NCBI GenBank assembly: GCA_048938855.1
Contig: JBHLLT010000011.1
Coordinates: forward strand, 42,400 to 106,399
DNA from: Promethearchaeota archaeon
Lineage (GTDB): Archaea; Asgardarchaeota; Lokiarchaeia; Sigyniarchaeales; SOKP01
DNA: 64,000 bases
Direction of reading: 5' to 3'
Part shown: piece after piece, positions 28,321-39,095 of the stretch
How positions within the stretch are numbered: position 1 is the first letter of the stretch
Layout: every line of letters starts with the position of its first letter
Notes under the pieces: generated by a model
Databases searched by the model: none
What the model was told of the DNA's origin: nothing
Seen by the model: the letters and a program-made list of their open reading frames with translations, nothing else
Translations under genes and position numbers: made by a program

Positions 28321-29283
28321 TTGGAAGAAAATCATGAAAATAGCCTAGATGAAAAGCAAGAAGAAACCTCAGAAAATGAAGTTTTAGACGAAGAAGAAAA
28401 TGGAATACCCGAAGAGACAAGTTTAAGCTCTGAAAATTCCTTGATAGAAGATATTGAGGAAGTTGAGAATATTGAAAATACTAGTTCGATCGATATCACT
28501 TCAGAAAATGAAGTTTTAGACGAAGAAGAAAATGGAATACCCGAAGAGACAAGTTTAAGCTCTGAAAATTCCTTGATAGAAGATATTGAGGAAGTTGAGA
28601 ATATTGAAAATACTAATTCGATCGATATCACTTCAGAGACTGAAGTTTTAGACGAAAATTCATTAAAAAACCAACTAAGGATTTTCCATAGAAATTTAAT
28701 TGAAGCTTCTTTATACGCCGCTGGAAGTCCCCTTACAATAGAAGAAATATCAACGAAATTGGAATTACCTAAGAAAGAAGTGGAAGAATTAGTAAATGAA
28801 GTAGCTTTTGATTACCTAGAACGTAATACTTCTCTCGTTATTGCACAAATTGGAGATAGATTTCAAATGCAAATTAGACCAGAATATACAGAAAAAGTCT
28901 CTAAATTTGCCAAAGGTGGTGCCATCGCAGAAAGATATTTGAGAACTTTAACAGTTATTGCTCTAAAACAACCTGTATTAAAATCACTGATTATTAAATT
29001 GAGAGGTACTGGTGCCTATGAACATGTAAAATATCTCTTAGATAATGGATTTATAAATGCTGTAAAAAAGGGAAGATCTCATGAATTAACCACTACTGAT
29101 AAATATGCGGATATGTTTGGTTTACCAAAAGATAAGACTGAATTGAAACGGGCTATGATTACACAATTAGGAATTGAAGAAATTTCAACTAGTGAACCTC
29201 AAGAAGAAAATAACGTCCCTAATGATATAGAACCTTTAGATGAAACTGAATTTACACAAGAAAATGAAGAAGGAGAAGACTAA
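28321..29283 (+). CDS. scpB: ScpB (kite) with acidic repeat N-terminus
   Basis: IEASLYAAGSPL, LRTLTVIALKQPV, RG..AYEHVKYL, TTTDKYADMFGL. Confidence 0.93.
   Translation: MEENHENSLDEKQEETSENEVLDEEENGIPEETSLSSENSLIEDIEEVENIENTSSIDITSENEVLDEEENGIPEETSLSSENSLIEDIEEVENIENTNSIDITSETEVLDENSLKNQLRIFHRNLIEASLYAAGSPLTIEEISTKLELPKKEVEELVNEVAFDYLERNTSLVIAQIGDRFQMQIRPEYTEKVSKFAKGGAIAERYLRTLTVIALKQPVLKSLIIKLRGTGAYEHVKYLLDNGFINAVKKGRSHELTTTDKYADMFGLPKDKTELKRAMITQLGIEEISTSEPQEENNVPNDIEPLDETEFTQENEEGED
28369..28656 (+). repeat. 132-bp in-frame tandem duplication (2 copies plus a partial third) in scpB
   Basis: Units start at 28369, 28501, 28633; copies 1 and 2 differ at one base (AGT/AAT). Confidence 0.95.
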
Positions 29284-29299
29284 ATAGATTAAAAAAAAT

Positions 29300-31900
29300 T
29301 TACTTAAAAATGTAAATCATAATATCCAGATCTTCAATATCTGCTTTTAAATCTGATTTTTCATTAATTTTTATTTCCTGAGATTTCTCAATTATTTCTA
29401 AATCATCGATTCTTAGTGTATTTTTAATATCCTCTTTTAGGGTATCAATTTTTTTCAATATATCTCTATCTGAGATTAAAATGACTTTTCTAATATTTTG
29501 GTTTAAAGGTATTTGAAGCTTCGATTTTTGCATCCTTAGATTTTTAATCATTTCAATCATTAATTTTCCATTATTAGCAGAATCTTCTGAGATTTTCTCA
29601 TAGTTCGATGGCCATTTCTCTAAATGAACAGACTTCAGATTTTTAAATTGTTTATAGAGAATTGAGTAAATTTCTTCGGAAATATATGGCATTATGACCG
29701 AAAAGGTAGTTAATAATTTATAAAAAAGGTTTAATATATTTTTTAAGGAACTTGTTCTTGTATCTTCATCATCAGAGTAGAATTTATGCTTTATAGCTTC
29801 AACATAATTATCACAAATATCATTCCAAAAAAATGTACGTAAAATCATAACAGCTTCATGCCAATTATATTCATCAAAATACTTCGAAACAAGATCCAAT
29901 TTTTTATTAAATTCAGAAAAGAAGTAACTTTCAATAGGTGAAATTTGATTTAGATTCACATCAAGGTTATCAATCTTAATTTTATTCAGGTTCAAAAATA
30001 AAAATCTATAAGCGTTCCAAATTTTTGTTAAAAATCTTGAAGCGCCTATTAATTGTTCATAAATTCTCCTATATTTTTTTTTAAATTTATCTTTTGGAAG
30101 TTTCTTCATCTCCTGCAATATAAATTCATTTGAAACAGCTTGTTTGGTTTGTAAGTCTATCCAAGTAAACTCAAATGGATAATCATCTCCCAAAGAACCC
30201 ATCGCAGTCCAATAACGGATTGCATCTGAACCAAATTCTGGCATCACTTCTTCTGGTGCAATATAATTCCCGAGACTCTTTGACATATGTCTTCCATCAG
30301 GGCCAGCAACCATTCCATTTATCATTGCTTCATAAAATGGTGGTTTACCCGTTAATATTTTACATCGGAATAATGTGTAAAATAACCAAGTTCTGATTAT
30401 TTCATAGCCTTGAGAACGGTGAACTTTTGCATCCATATAAGCTCTTTTAAAGAATTCTTCATCTTCTGTCCATTTTGAAATTTCTAAAGGTGTAAGGCTA
30501 GAATCAATCCAACAATCACACACATCTTTTTCACCGACAATGTTTTTACTTTTACATTTTGCACATTGCTTAATTGGTGGAGATTTTTCAACTGGATTTA
30601 ATGGTAGTTCCTCTCTATTAGGCGGAATAATCTCACCACAATCCAAGCAATACCAAAATGGAATAGGTGTCCCAAATAGACGCTGACGTGAAATAACCCA
30701 ATTCCAATCTAATCCTTCTGCCCAATCTATTAATCGTTGTTTTTGTTTTTCGGGGTACCATTTCATAATTTCTCCAGACTCAATTATTTCCTTTGTAAAT
30801 TCCTTCACATTTATAAACCATTGATAAACGGGGAGGTATTCTATTGGTTTACTACAAGATGATCGTTCAGAATGAATTATTAAGTTATGCACATAATCCT
30901 CAATTTTTACAATTAATCCTTTTTTATCAAGGTCTTTAACAATTTGTTCTCGTGCTTCTAAAATTGTTAATCCTTGATATACAGAATTTTCATTCATATG
31001 ACCATCTTCAGTAAAAATTTGAATCTCATCCAAATCATACTCAAATTTCCATTTGATATCCATTTCATCTCCATATGTACAAACATAAACAACACCTGTT
31101 CCAAAATTCATATCAATTGAGGGATCCATATAAACACGAACGGTTCTATTAGTAAACGGTATTTCAATCTTGGCAGCAGAAATGTCAAAATACCGTTCGT
31201 CATTAGGGTGAACCATGATTGCAACACATGCCTCCATATATTCAGGACGAGTTGTAGCTATAGTGATAAACTCATTTTCTCTATCTGCAATTGGTAGTTT
31301 TATATACCACAATTTTCCTTGTTCTTCTTGATACCCTACTTCTGCTTTTGCTACAGATGTTTCACAATTTACGCAAAAATGCGTTGGAAATTTATCTCTA
31401 TAAAGCATACCCTTCTCATAAAATTCTAAGAGTGAAATTTGGACTTTTCGTTTGTAATCATCATTCATCGTTCTGTATGTATATTCCCAATCAGTTGAAT
31501 ATCCTAAATCATCTAATTGCTTTGTCATATTCCCTATATTGTTTTCTACCCATTCTCTGCACTTATCTAGAAAATTATCTCGATCATCTTTAGAGATTCC
31601 ATAATTTTTTGCAACTGCTAACTCAACAGGTAATCCATGACAATCCCATCCCTGAGGAAAATATACATTTTGACCTTTCATTCGACGATATCTTGCCACA
31701 AAATCAATCCAAGCATAATTTAAGTACTGTCCAATATGCAATACTCCACTTACAAAGGGAGGTGGTGTATCAATTGTAAACATTTCATCTTTTCGGTCTT
31801 TATCAAATTTATAAATTTTATTTTCGTCCCAATATTTTATCCACTTCTCTTGAACTGTTTTGAAATTGTATCTTTTTGGGTAGTTTGTTTCTTGTGCCAT
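29300..31900 (-). CDS. valS: Valine--tRNA ligase
   Basis: IDTPPP.VSG.LHIGQ, GWDCHGLP, IATTRPE, GTG, WNWVISRQR.FGTPIP, HMSKS. Confidence 0.93.
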   Translation of the reverse strand: MAQETNYPKRYNFKTVQEKWIKYWDENKIYKFDKDRKDEMFTIDTPPPFVSGVLHIGQYLNYAWIDFVARYRRMKGQNVYFPQGWDCHGLPVELAVAKNYGISKDDRDNFLDKCREWVENNIGNMTKQLDDLGYSTDWEYTYRTMNDDYKRKVQISLLEFYEKGMLYRDKFPTHFCVNCETSVAKAEVGYQEEQGKLWYIKLPIADRENEFITIATTRPEYMEACVAIMVHPNDERYFDISAAKIEIPFTNRTVRVYMDPSIDMNFGTGVVYVCTYGDEMDIKWKFEYDLDEIQIFTEDGHMNENSVYQGLTILEAREQIVKDLDKKGLIVKIEDYVHNLIIHSERSSCSKPIEYLPVYQWFINVKEFTKEIIESGEIMKWYPEKQKQRLIDWAEGLDWNWVISRQRLFGTPIPFWYCLDCGEIIPPNREELPLNPVEKSPPIKQCAKCKSKNIVGEKDVCDCWIDSSLTPLEISKWTEDEEFFKRAYMDAKVHRSQGYEIIRTWLFYTLFRCKILTGKPPFYEAMINGMVAGPDGRHMSKSLGNYIAPEEVMPEFGSDAIRYWTAMGSLGDDYPFEFTWIDLQTKQAVSNEFILQEMKKLPKDKFKKKYRRIYEQLIGASRFLTKIWNAYRFLFLNLNKIKIDNLDVNLNQISPIESYFFSEFNKKLDLVSKYFDEYNWHEAVMILRTFFWNDICDNYVEAIKHKFYSDDEDTRTSSLKNILNLFYKLLTTFSVIMPYISEEIYSILYKQFKNLKSVHLEKWPSNYEKISEDSANNGKLMIEMIKNLRMQKSKLQIPLNQNIRKVILISDRDILKKIDTLKEDIKNTLRIDDLEIIEKSQEIKINEKSDLKADIEDLDIMIYIFK

Positions 31901-31932
31901 TTAAACTCCTTTTTAGAATTGTATTTTTAGAA

Positions 31933-32034
31933 TGGACCTGACGGGAATTGAACCCGTGACCTCTTGAATGCGAATCTTGGAACTAAGCTTTCTGCTTAAT
32001 AAGATCAAGCGATCTTCCACTGATCTACAGGCCC
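31933..32034 (-). tRNA. tRNA-Ala(CGC) with 30-nt intron at position 32/33 (31974-32003)
   Basis: Acceptor GGGCCTG/CAGGTCC with G3:U70 and A73, D stem GATC/GATC, anticodon stem CTTGA/TCAAG, T arm GGTTCAATTCC; CCA not encoded. Confidence 0.95.
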
Positions 32035-32170
32035 AAACTTATTTTTTATTTTTTAATATTCTAAAAAATAGAATACCTAAAATTCTTTATGATTTGGGAT
32101 TATTCATGGATTTTAAAAAAATTTTTGTCAAATATTAATAAATTAGATATTTGATATAATAAGATTTGAC

Positions 32171-34549
32171 TTAGAACTCTGTTCGAGCAATTATATCATC
32201 TTGAGCACTTTTCGATAATTCGTTAAAAAGAACAGGATACCCCGCTATTCTTACAACTAAATTCGGATAATTTTTAGGGTTATTTTGAGCATCACATAGA
32301 GTATTCCTTCCAATTACATTAAATTGAATATGATAACCTCCATTTTCAACGAAAAAACTCCTGATTAGTGGCAAGAAAAGCTCAGATCTCATTGTTTTTG
32401 GATGAAAATTTAATAATGTTGAGTTACCATTTGTCATTAACTCATTTTCTAATTTCATTATTGAATTTAGGATTGCTGTAGGACCAGATTTTTCCCTTCC
32501 GACGGTTGGTCCAACTCCATTTGAGAGAGGTTCTCTTGATTTCCTACCATCAGCTGTAGCAGCAGTAAACACTCCAAGAGCCAGATGAAATGATGTGGAA
32601 TATATCCCTGGATTATAGGTGCCTCCACGATAATTTTTATATTTAATTAGTTCTTCACAAAATAATTTTGCAACTTCAGATGCAATTTTATCAACATAAT
32701 CATTATCATTGCCAAATTTAGGAACTTTGTTAATAAACAACTGTCTCCATTCTTCTCCCTTTTTACCTCGATATGTTCCTCGATAATTTTTTGATAACAT
32801 TTGGGTTATTTCTTCATAGGAAAGAAGTTTTTCCTCAAACACTATTTTTTTAATTACTGCTAAACTATCAGCAACAGTAGCTAATCCAATTAATTGCGTT
32901 GTTGTGAAATCATAAATAGCACCTCCTTTTGTAATATCAATTCCCTTTGCAATACAATCATCTATTGTTGCAGATAAAAAGGGCTGAGGGGTAAGCTCTG
33001 CTGTTGCTTGTTCTAAAAACCTCATTGTCTCAACTAAATTTTTTATAAAATATCTAAGTTGGTTTGCTAATTCATTCCATAAATCTTCATAGGTGGTGAC
33101 TTTTTTTGAATTCTCAATTCCGTATTTCTTTTTTGTAAACATGTCAGTTCCATTATTTAGCGTTAATTCAAGACATTTTACAATATTTAACTGAGATGCA
33201 TTTGTGCATCCATACGACTTGTATGGGTGCCCTGGTTCCACACAACCTATCGGAGCATATTCTTTTGAATCTTCAAGCGAATAACCAATATTATTTAACC
33301 CTGGAATCATAACTAAATCATTGAATAAGGCAATGCTAGTACCCTCTTTAATTGCTTCTCCTGCCTTTATAATTAAATCATCTGGTGTGTTATTATTAAT
33401 TCGGATAGAAAATGCGGGTTGAATTGTTTTTAACTGATAATAAGAATCTAAAAATAGATATGACAATTCATTTGTTACATCTTTACCGTATCTATCAGTT
33501 CCACCTATAGTTAGATTTATCGCAATTGGAGGACCCTCTCCCGCAACTATTCCTTTATGGAGAACATAATTCCATAATGTTGATAGTTTAAGATAAAAGC
33601 ATTGAATGAGAAATTGTACTTCTTCGTCAGAAATTTCTCCACTTTTTTTGTCATTACAATAATAGGGATATAAGATTTGATCGAGTCTACCAATACTTAT
33701 AGCAAATCCACCATCTTCTAAACCAGAAACTAATCGAGTAAAATATATTAATTGTAGTGCTTCTTTAAATGTTTTTGGAGCATTACCTGATATATTGGAA
33801 CAAATTTGAGATATTTCATTTAGTTCCCTTTTCCTTCTGGGATTTGTTTCACTTACTTCCATTTTTTTCGCTAAGTCAGCAAATCTATTGATAAATCTAT
33901 TTACACCATTTAGAACAATGAGAATAGAATTTAGGAAATTCTGTTTGTTTTTATCGTTAGAAACCTCCTCCAGTTTAATTTGAGTTTTATAAATCAAACC
34001 ATTAAACCCCTCTTTAAGAACATTTTCATATCCCGGGAAAAAATGACCCACTCCATTAGTTAGGTTTACATCTACAATATATGGCAAATTTAACATTAGA
34101 TCATATAATTCAGGGCTTAAATATGAATCAAATTTAGATTTTACAGTCTCTTCCTGAGTTTTCCAAAATGGAATAATTTTATTCTTAATAATTTCCTTAT
34201 CTTGTTCAGATAACAGAAATTTCTGAACTTCTCGTGTACTATAAAGATCTAAATCTAAATCTATCGTATCTATTCGAACTTCAGGGTATAACGGTGTTCC
34301 AACTAATTTAGTACACTGGTTTCCAACTATAAACTCATCTTCCCAGATTTTTATTGTCATATTTGACAATAAATTATCTAGAGCTTTCGCAAATCGAATA
34401 TTAGAAGGTTCCCCTTTTGTTTTTTTATAAGATTCCGTAAAAAGTTTTGCTCTTTCGATACAGATTTCATGAGGTTGAAGGATCACTCTATCCTTCATAT
34501 CTAAAATTTTATCTTTATAATTGGAATAAGAAGTGCTTTCTAATTGCAT
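32171..34549 (-). CDS. Glycyl radical enzyme (PFL2/GRE family), substrate unknown
   Basis: GRLDQILYPYY, GCVEP single-Cys loop, PKFGND, HIQFNV, LVVRIAGY glycyl motif. Confidence 0.92.
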   Translation of the reverse strand: MQLESTSYSNYKDKILDMKDRVILQPHEICIERAKLFTESYKKTKGEPSNIRFAKALDNLLSNMTIKIWEDEFIVGNQCTKLVGTPLYPEVRIDTIDLDLDLYSTREVQKFLLSEQDKEIIKNKIIPFWKTQEETVKSKFDSYLSPELYDLMLNLPYIVDVNLTNGVGHFFPGYENVLKEGFNGLIYKTQIKLEEVSNDKNKQNFLNSILIVLNGVNRFINRFADLAKKMEVSETNPRRKRELNEISQICSNISGNAPKTFKEALQLIYFTRLVSGLEDGGFAISIGRLDQILYPYYCNDKKSGEISDEEVQFLIQCFYLKLSTLWNYVLHKGIVAGEGPPIAINLTIGGTDRYGKDVTNELSYLFLDSYYQLKTIQPAFSIRINNNTPDDLIIKAGEAIKEGTSIALFNDLVMIPGLNNIGYSLEDSKEYAPIGCVEPGHPYKSYGCTNASQLNIVKCLELTLNNGTDMFTKKKYGIENSKKVTTYEDLWNELANQLRYFIKNLVETMRFLEQATAELTPQPFLSATIDDCIAKGIDITKGGAIYDFTTTQLIGLATVADSLAVIKKIVFEEKLLSYEEITQMLSKNYRGTYRGKKGEEWRQLFINKVPKFGNDNDYVDKIASEVAKLFCEELIKYKNYRGGTYNPGIYSTSFHLALGVFTAATADGRKSREPLSNGVGPTVGREKSGPTAILNSIMKLENELMTNGNSTLLNFHPKTMRSELFLPLIRSFFVENGGYHIQFNVIGRNTLCDAQNNPKNYPNLVVRIAGYPVLFNELSKSAQDDIIARTEF

Positions 34550-34656
34550 TTATATCCCTTATTATCGTCAATTTTTAGTCTAATTAACAATATAAATGGT
34601 TTAAGTAATAAATGTTTTTATAATATTTTTTTATAGAATTTTAGTAATGGGAGGAT

Positions 34657-35493
34657 TTAAACATACTTCATCAAATCGTTTTTATTCCTGGGAGAAAATA
34701 ATAAATTTTCTTTTTCTATAGCTTTAAACCTTTTAATAGCAATGTCCAAATATTCCTTATTAAAATCAATTCCAATAAAATTTCGATTTAAAATACTAGA
34801 CACTATTCCTGTTGTACCAGATCCTACAAAAGGATCCAGTACCCAATCACCTTCATTTGAAGAAGATGAAATTATTCGATTTAATAATTCTAGTGGTTTT
34901 TGAGTGGGATGTTTACCAAATTCTTTCTCATTCTTAGGTAATAAAGGAATGGACCAAACACTTCTCATTTGCTTATCCTTATTTTTCAATTTATCTTTTG
35001 GGTTATTCCAAAATTTCATTTTTTCATAATTAAAAGTATGATCAGAATTCTTAGATTTGCGTGCCCATAATACTATTTCATGGCTATGGGTAAAATATTT
35101 ACATGATAAATTGGGAGGAGCGTTTGGTTTATACATAACTATATCATTAATAATATCATAACCGTTTTTTTCTAGGAGATAACCAACTTTATAGATTATG
35201 TGTAGTGTTCCGGATATCCATATACTACCATTGCTATTTAACACTCTTCTACACGATTTTAACCAAGTATCTGTAAAATTAATATCCTCTTCGAAACCTT
35301 GTGATTTATCCCATTCTCCTTTATTAACAGAAACCATCTTGCCCGAACTACATGTTATCCCATTATTTGATAAAAAGTAAGGAGGATCAGCATAGATTAA
35401 ATCAAATTTATTACTTTCAAATTGATCTAGGATATTTAAAGCATCTCCATGATATAAAATGAAATTTTTCTCTTCAAAATAAGGATCTATCAT
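34657..35493 (-). CDS. Site-specific DNA adenine methyltransferase, beta class (DpnA/M2.DpnII-like, possibly GATC)
   Basis: DPPYFLSN.GITC.SGKMVSVNKG.WD, HPTQKP, LDPFVGSGTT. Confidence 0.9.
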   Translation of the reverse strand: MIDPYFEEKNFILYHGDALNILDQFESNKFDLIYADPPYFLSNNGITCSSGKMVSVNKGEWDKSQGFEEDINFTDTWLKSCRRVLNSNGSIWISGTLHIIYKVGYLLEKNGYDIINDIVMYKPNAPPNLSCKYFTHSHEIVLWARKSKNSDHTFNYEKMKFWNNPKDKLKNKDKQMRSVWSIPLLPKNEKEFGKHPTQKPLELLNRIISSSSNEGDWVLDPFVGSGTTGIVSSILNRNFIGIDFNKEYLDIAIKRFKAIEKENLLFSPRNKNDLMKYV

Positions 35494-35654
35494 ATTAAAC
35501 TAATTTTCACTAAGAAATAATCCAAAATTCATTCAAGCAAGTTAAGAAAATATAATGTCTTTTAATTATTAACTTTAAAGTTTAATATTAACAAACACTT
35601 AATATTCATGTAAGGAAAACGTTAATTTATTTATATCACGTTGGAGATTTAACC

Positions 35655-36596
35655 ATGATAAATAAACAAAGATTCGAAGAATTATTTAATCAACATGTAA
35701 TTAAAGATATTTCTGAAGAACAAATTGACATTGTACTTTCAGGACAATATGGTAAAGCCTTGGAACTATTAAGAGATGCAGAATCGACCGGATTGTTTCC
35801 GGCGCTTGTAGGGCCTCCCGGGGTTGGAAAAACAATTTTGTGTAGGTATTTTGCTAGTTTAAGAGCGAAGGAGAATAAAAACAAAAATTTTCATTGGTTG
35901 ACTATGGATGAGAGTATAAAACCTTCACATTTCATTGGTTCCTTTGATCCGGCAATTACATTGAAGAAAGGATTTGTATTGGAAGCTTTTAATCCTGGGC
36001 CATTATTAAATGCTATGCTTGAAGGAGGTACTTTCCTAGCTAATGAAATTAATAGAGCTACAGAATATTCTCAAAATACTTTATTAGAACCTTTAGAAGA
36101 AGCATCTATAGGAATTCCTCACCTAGGAAGAATAAAGGCGGATAGCGATTTCTTTTTTATATGTGCGATGAATCCAGAAGAATTATCTGGGACTCATCGG
36201 TTATCTGAAGCTTTAAAAGATAGAATAAAGGTCTGGATTAAATTAACTTACCCAGATAAATCAACAGAATTAGATATAATAAGGATTAATTTACCTGAAC
36301 ATTTTATTATTGAAGAATCAGAATTAGAATTAATATATTCGATCATTAAAGAAACTAGACATAACAAAATTGATATTGAAATCCCTGCTTCAATTAGAGC
36401 AGGAATAGCAATTGCAAAACTACTAGCAAGGAGAAGAATGATAGAAAAAGAAAAACAACTTAAGGAAAAAGAATCTGTATATATTTATCTATCTGATATT
36501 GCTCGTCACGTTTTACTTGGAAGTTTAAAACCAAAACCTGGCGTAAAAGTCGAAAACGTAATAGAAAACATTATTCATAAGACTTTAGGAGGGTAA
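35655..36596 (+). CDS. MoxR-family AAA+ ATPase
   Basis: GPPGVGKT, GPLLNAM..G, ANEINR, AMNP, LSEALKDR, ASIRAG. Confidence 0.9.
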   Translation: MINKQRFEELFNQHVIKDISEEQIDIVLSGQYGKALELLRDAESTGLFPALVGPPGVGKTILCRYFASLRAKENKNKNFHWLTMDESIKPSHFIGSFDPAITLKKGFVLEAFNPGPLLNAMLEGGTFLANEINRATEYSQNTLLEPLEEASIGIPHLGRIKADSDFFFICAMNPEELSGTHRLSEALKDRIKVWIKLTYPDKSTELDIIRINLPEHFIIEESELELIYSIIKETRHNKIDIEIPASIRAGIAIAKLLARRRMIEKEKQLKEKESVYIYLSDIARHVLLGSLKPKPGVKVENVIENIIHKTLGG

Positions 36597-36600
36597 TTGA

Positions 36601-39090
36601 TTGGGTGTATTTCCTGAAAACCCATGTGAGTTTGCTGTAGAATTTATAAGGAGGATGAGAAATCATCCTGATATAGTCCAAATGCCATCTCCACGGCAAG
36701 TATTATCAATACCAAACTTGATTATCTCAAGATATTATCGTAAAGGAGCAATTACGCCAAATGACTTTATTGAGATAAGCACTGTTACCTCCTTTCCTGA
36801 TAATCAAAATTTAGCAAAAGATATTGCATTTGAGATTCTCTTTCCAAATTATAAAAAAAACATTGTAAAAGCGCTATTTAATGAGGATGAGGTTGATGAA
36901 TTAGAAAATGAATTTAAGAATTCAAAAATCAAATCAGAATTAGATCAATTACAGGATCTAATTGACGAGATTGAATTATCAAAAACTATGGATACAGATT
37001 TGTTTCAAGAAATGGAGCAATTCTTAGAAGATTTGAATCAAAAAAGACATGAAGAACCGTATAAGTCAGCACTTAATTTCTTTAATGACGATTCAGATTT
37101 ATATAAAGAACAAATAACTTCATTTGAGAAATTATTTGAAGAAGCAACAAAAAGAATGCTTCAGAAAATAAATTCCCTTGATCCTAAAGATCTAAAAGCA
37201 GGTATTAACTTAGGGTTAGAAAATTTGATTCAAAATCAATCATTGAGGGAATGGGAAAAAATTACAAGTAAAGCACTTAAAAATCAAAATATTGAACAGG
37301 ATTTAAATAAATTGCTAAAAACAGGGAGTTTAGAAGATTTACTTCAGTCTATGAAATTTCTAAAGGATACTGATGCCATTTCTAAAGAAAAATATAAAAC
37401 ATTGAAAATGGAACTTCAAAATAAGATTGAAAATTTAGATCAATTATTTCAGTCTGCAAAACACTTAAGAGAAACACCAAATTTCAACTCGGATAAAATT
37501 TTAAACAACAGCATGGAAAAATCATCATTTGAACATAATTTTAGCCTGGCAAATTCACTTGATCAATATTTTGGTACTGATCTAAGAAGTTCGCTATTAG
37601 AAAAATATGACCAGCAATTCAAAAACTCCCAAATGAACCTTTCACTTGAAACTTTAACAAAAACAGCATTTGCAAACAAATCATGGAACTCATTATTCAA
37701 TAAAGCTCTTAATAATGCAATTAATGATGCATTAAACCAAAATAAAAAATTTGAAGCTTTAAAAACTCTGACTCATCAATTACAACAGCTTGCAAATAGC
37801 TCACCAAATATGCATTGTAACCAAAAAATGGCACAGAATCTACCAAAACTTACTTCTTTAACTTTAGAATCTTGTGAAACACCATACCAATTAAAAGATG
37901 CAACAGAATTCTTAAGGAAGATTGGATTAAACCCAAAATCAGAATTAATTGAGAAAATGGGGAAAAAACTTCAAATGGCTGAGGATGAAATTTTTGAATT
38001 AATTGAGCCTACATACCAGTTGTTGAAAAAATTAATTGAAAAAAATAAAGCTAATTTTCAGAGATTAAGTAATTTAATGAATCAAATCAAAGATCAATTA
38101 AATTTTGAGAGGATAAAAGAATTAACTGCCAGTGCTTTAGCTTCAGATAATAGAGATGCCTTAGGTGCTCTTGGTAATTTTAATTTAAGTGATGCATTAA
38201 GAAGTGCTCAACAAATTGGAGGTCAGGAGGGTGAAAATAAAATGATATCTTGTCTATCAGCAGGTAGTGGAGAAAATCTACTTAAACAATGGTTTATGCA
38301 TCGAAAAAATTTACAGGAAACAACTAAACAAAAAGTAAAAGAACTTGCCAAAAAAATGTTGATTGAATTAGGTATTTACTACTCAAGAGCGCATCTAGGT
38401 AGTTCCACTACTGGACCAATTCCAATTAACATTGTCAGACCGTATTCAATAGGAGATGATTTTGAAAATATTGATCTTGAGGAGACAATAAATAATATCT
38501 TAGAAAAAGGTAAAGAATTGGATCATATAAAGTATGATGACTTTTTTGTTTTTGAAACTGCTAAAGGGTTAAGAACCGCTTGCTTTGAGCTTGATATCTC
38601 TGGAAGTATGACAGGAGACAAACTTACCTATATGAGTATTTGTATAACAATGCTATGCTATGGAATGCGTAAAGATGAGTTTGGTATCTCGTTCTTCGAA
38701 TCAAATACTCATGTTTTGAAAGCATTAAACGAAAAACTCGATTTAGAAAAATTAGCAGATGAACTTCTTTCTGTTTCAGCTCGAGGGGGAACTAGAATAC
38801 AAAGTGCTGTTGAGTGGGCAAATAAACAATTTAAAGACTATTCTAATTCCCGGGAAAAATTAAATGTTCTATTTACTGATGCAGAGATATTTGATCTTAA
38901 AGAAGCAATCACAGAATTAAGAAAAATGAGGTCTTTAGGAGTCGATTTCATATTAGTTTGCCCTGAAACTTCATTTAATTTAAAAGACGCTAAAAAAATG
39001 GTAAAAGTTGCAGGTGGTCAATTGCTTACAATAAAAGATTGGAATGATTTTCCCAAATTAATATCAGAAATAATAAAATCAAGATTTTAA
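36601..39090 (+). CDS. Large helical protein with C-terminal VWA domain (MoxR partner)
   Basis: IDLEETI, MIDAS DISGSM, GGT, LFTD. Confidence 0.85.
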   Translation: MGVFPENPCEFAVEFIRRMRNHPDIVQMPSPRQVLSIPNLIISRYYRKGAITPNDFIEISTVTSFPDNQNLAKDIAFEILFPNYKKNIVKALFNEDEVDELENEFKNSKIKSELDQLQDLIDEIELSKTMDTDLFQEMEQFLEDLNQKRHEEPYKSALNFFNDDSDLYKEQITSFEKLFEEATKRMLQKINSLDPKDLKAGINLGLENLIQNQSLREWEKITSKALKNQNIEQDLNKLLKTGSLEDLLQSMKFLKDTDAISKEKYKTLKMELQNKIENLDQLFQSAKHLRETPNFNSDKILNNSMEKSSFEHNFSLANSLDQYFGTDLRSSLLEKYDQQFKNSQMNLSLETLTKTAFANKSWNSLFNKALNNAINDALNQNKKFEALKTLTHQLQQLANSSPNMHCNQKMAQNLPKLTSLTLESCETPYQLKDATEFLRKIGLNPKSELIEKMGKKLQMAEDEIFELIEPTYQLLKKLIEKNKANFQRLSNLMNQIKDQLNFERIKELTASALASDNRDALGALGNFNLSDALRSAQQIGGQEGENKMISCLSAGSGENLLKQWFMHRKNLQETTKQKVKELAKKMLIELGIYYSRAHLGSSTTGPIPINIVRPYSIGDDFENIDLEETINNILEKGKELDHIKYDDFFVFETAKGLRTACFELDISGSMTGDKLTYMSICITMLCYGMRKDEFGISFFESNTHVLKALNEKLDLEKLADELLSVSARGGTRIQSAVEWANKQFKDYSNSREKLNVLFTDAEIFDLKEAITELRKMRSLGVDFILVCPETSFNLKDAKKMVKVAGGQLLTIKDWNDFPKLISEIIKSRF

Positions 39091-39095
39091 AAATA

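Noticed and set aside
28369-28656. Repeat as CRISPR array or mobile element
   Set aside because: In-frame coding duplication without spacers or terminal repeats
31933-35493. Integrated element at tRNA-Ala carrying the GRE and methyltransferase
   Set aside because: No integrase, no duplicated tRNA end seen, and the genes lie on the tRNA 5' side
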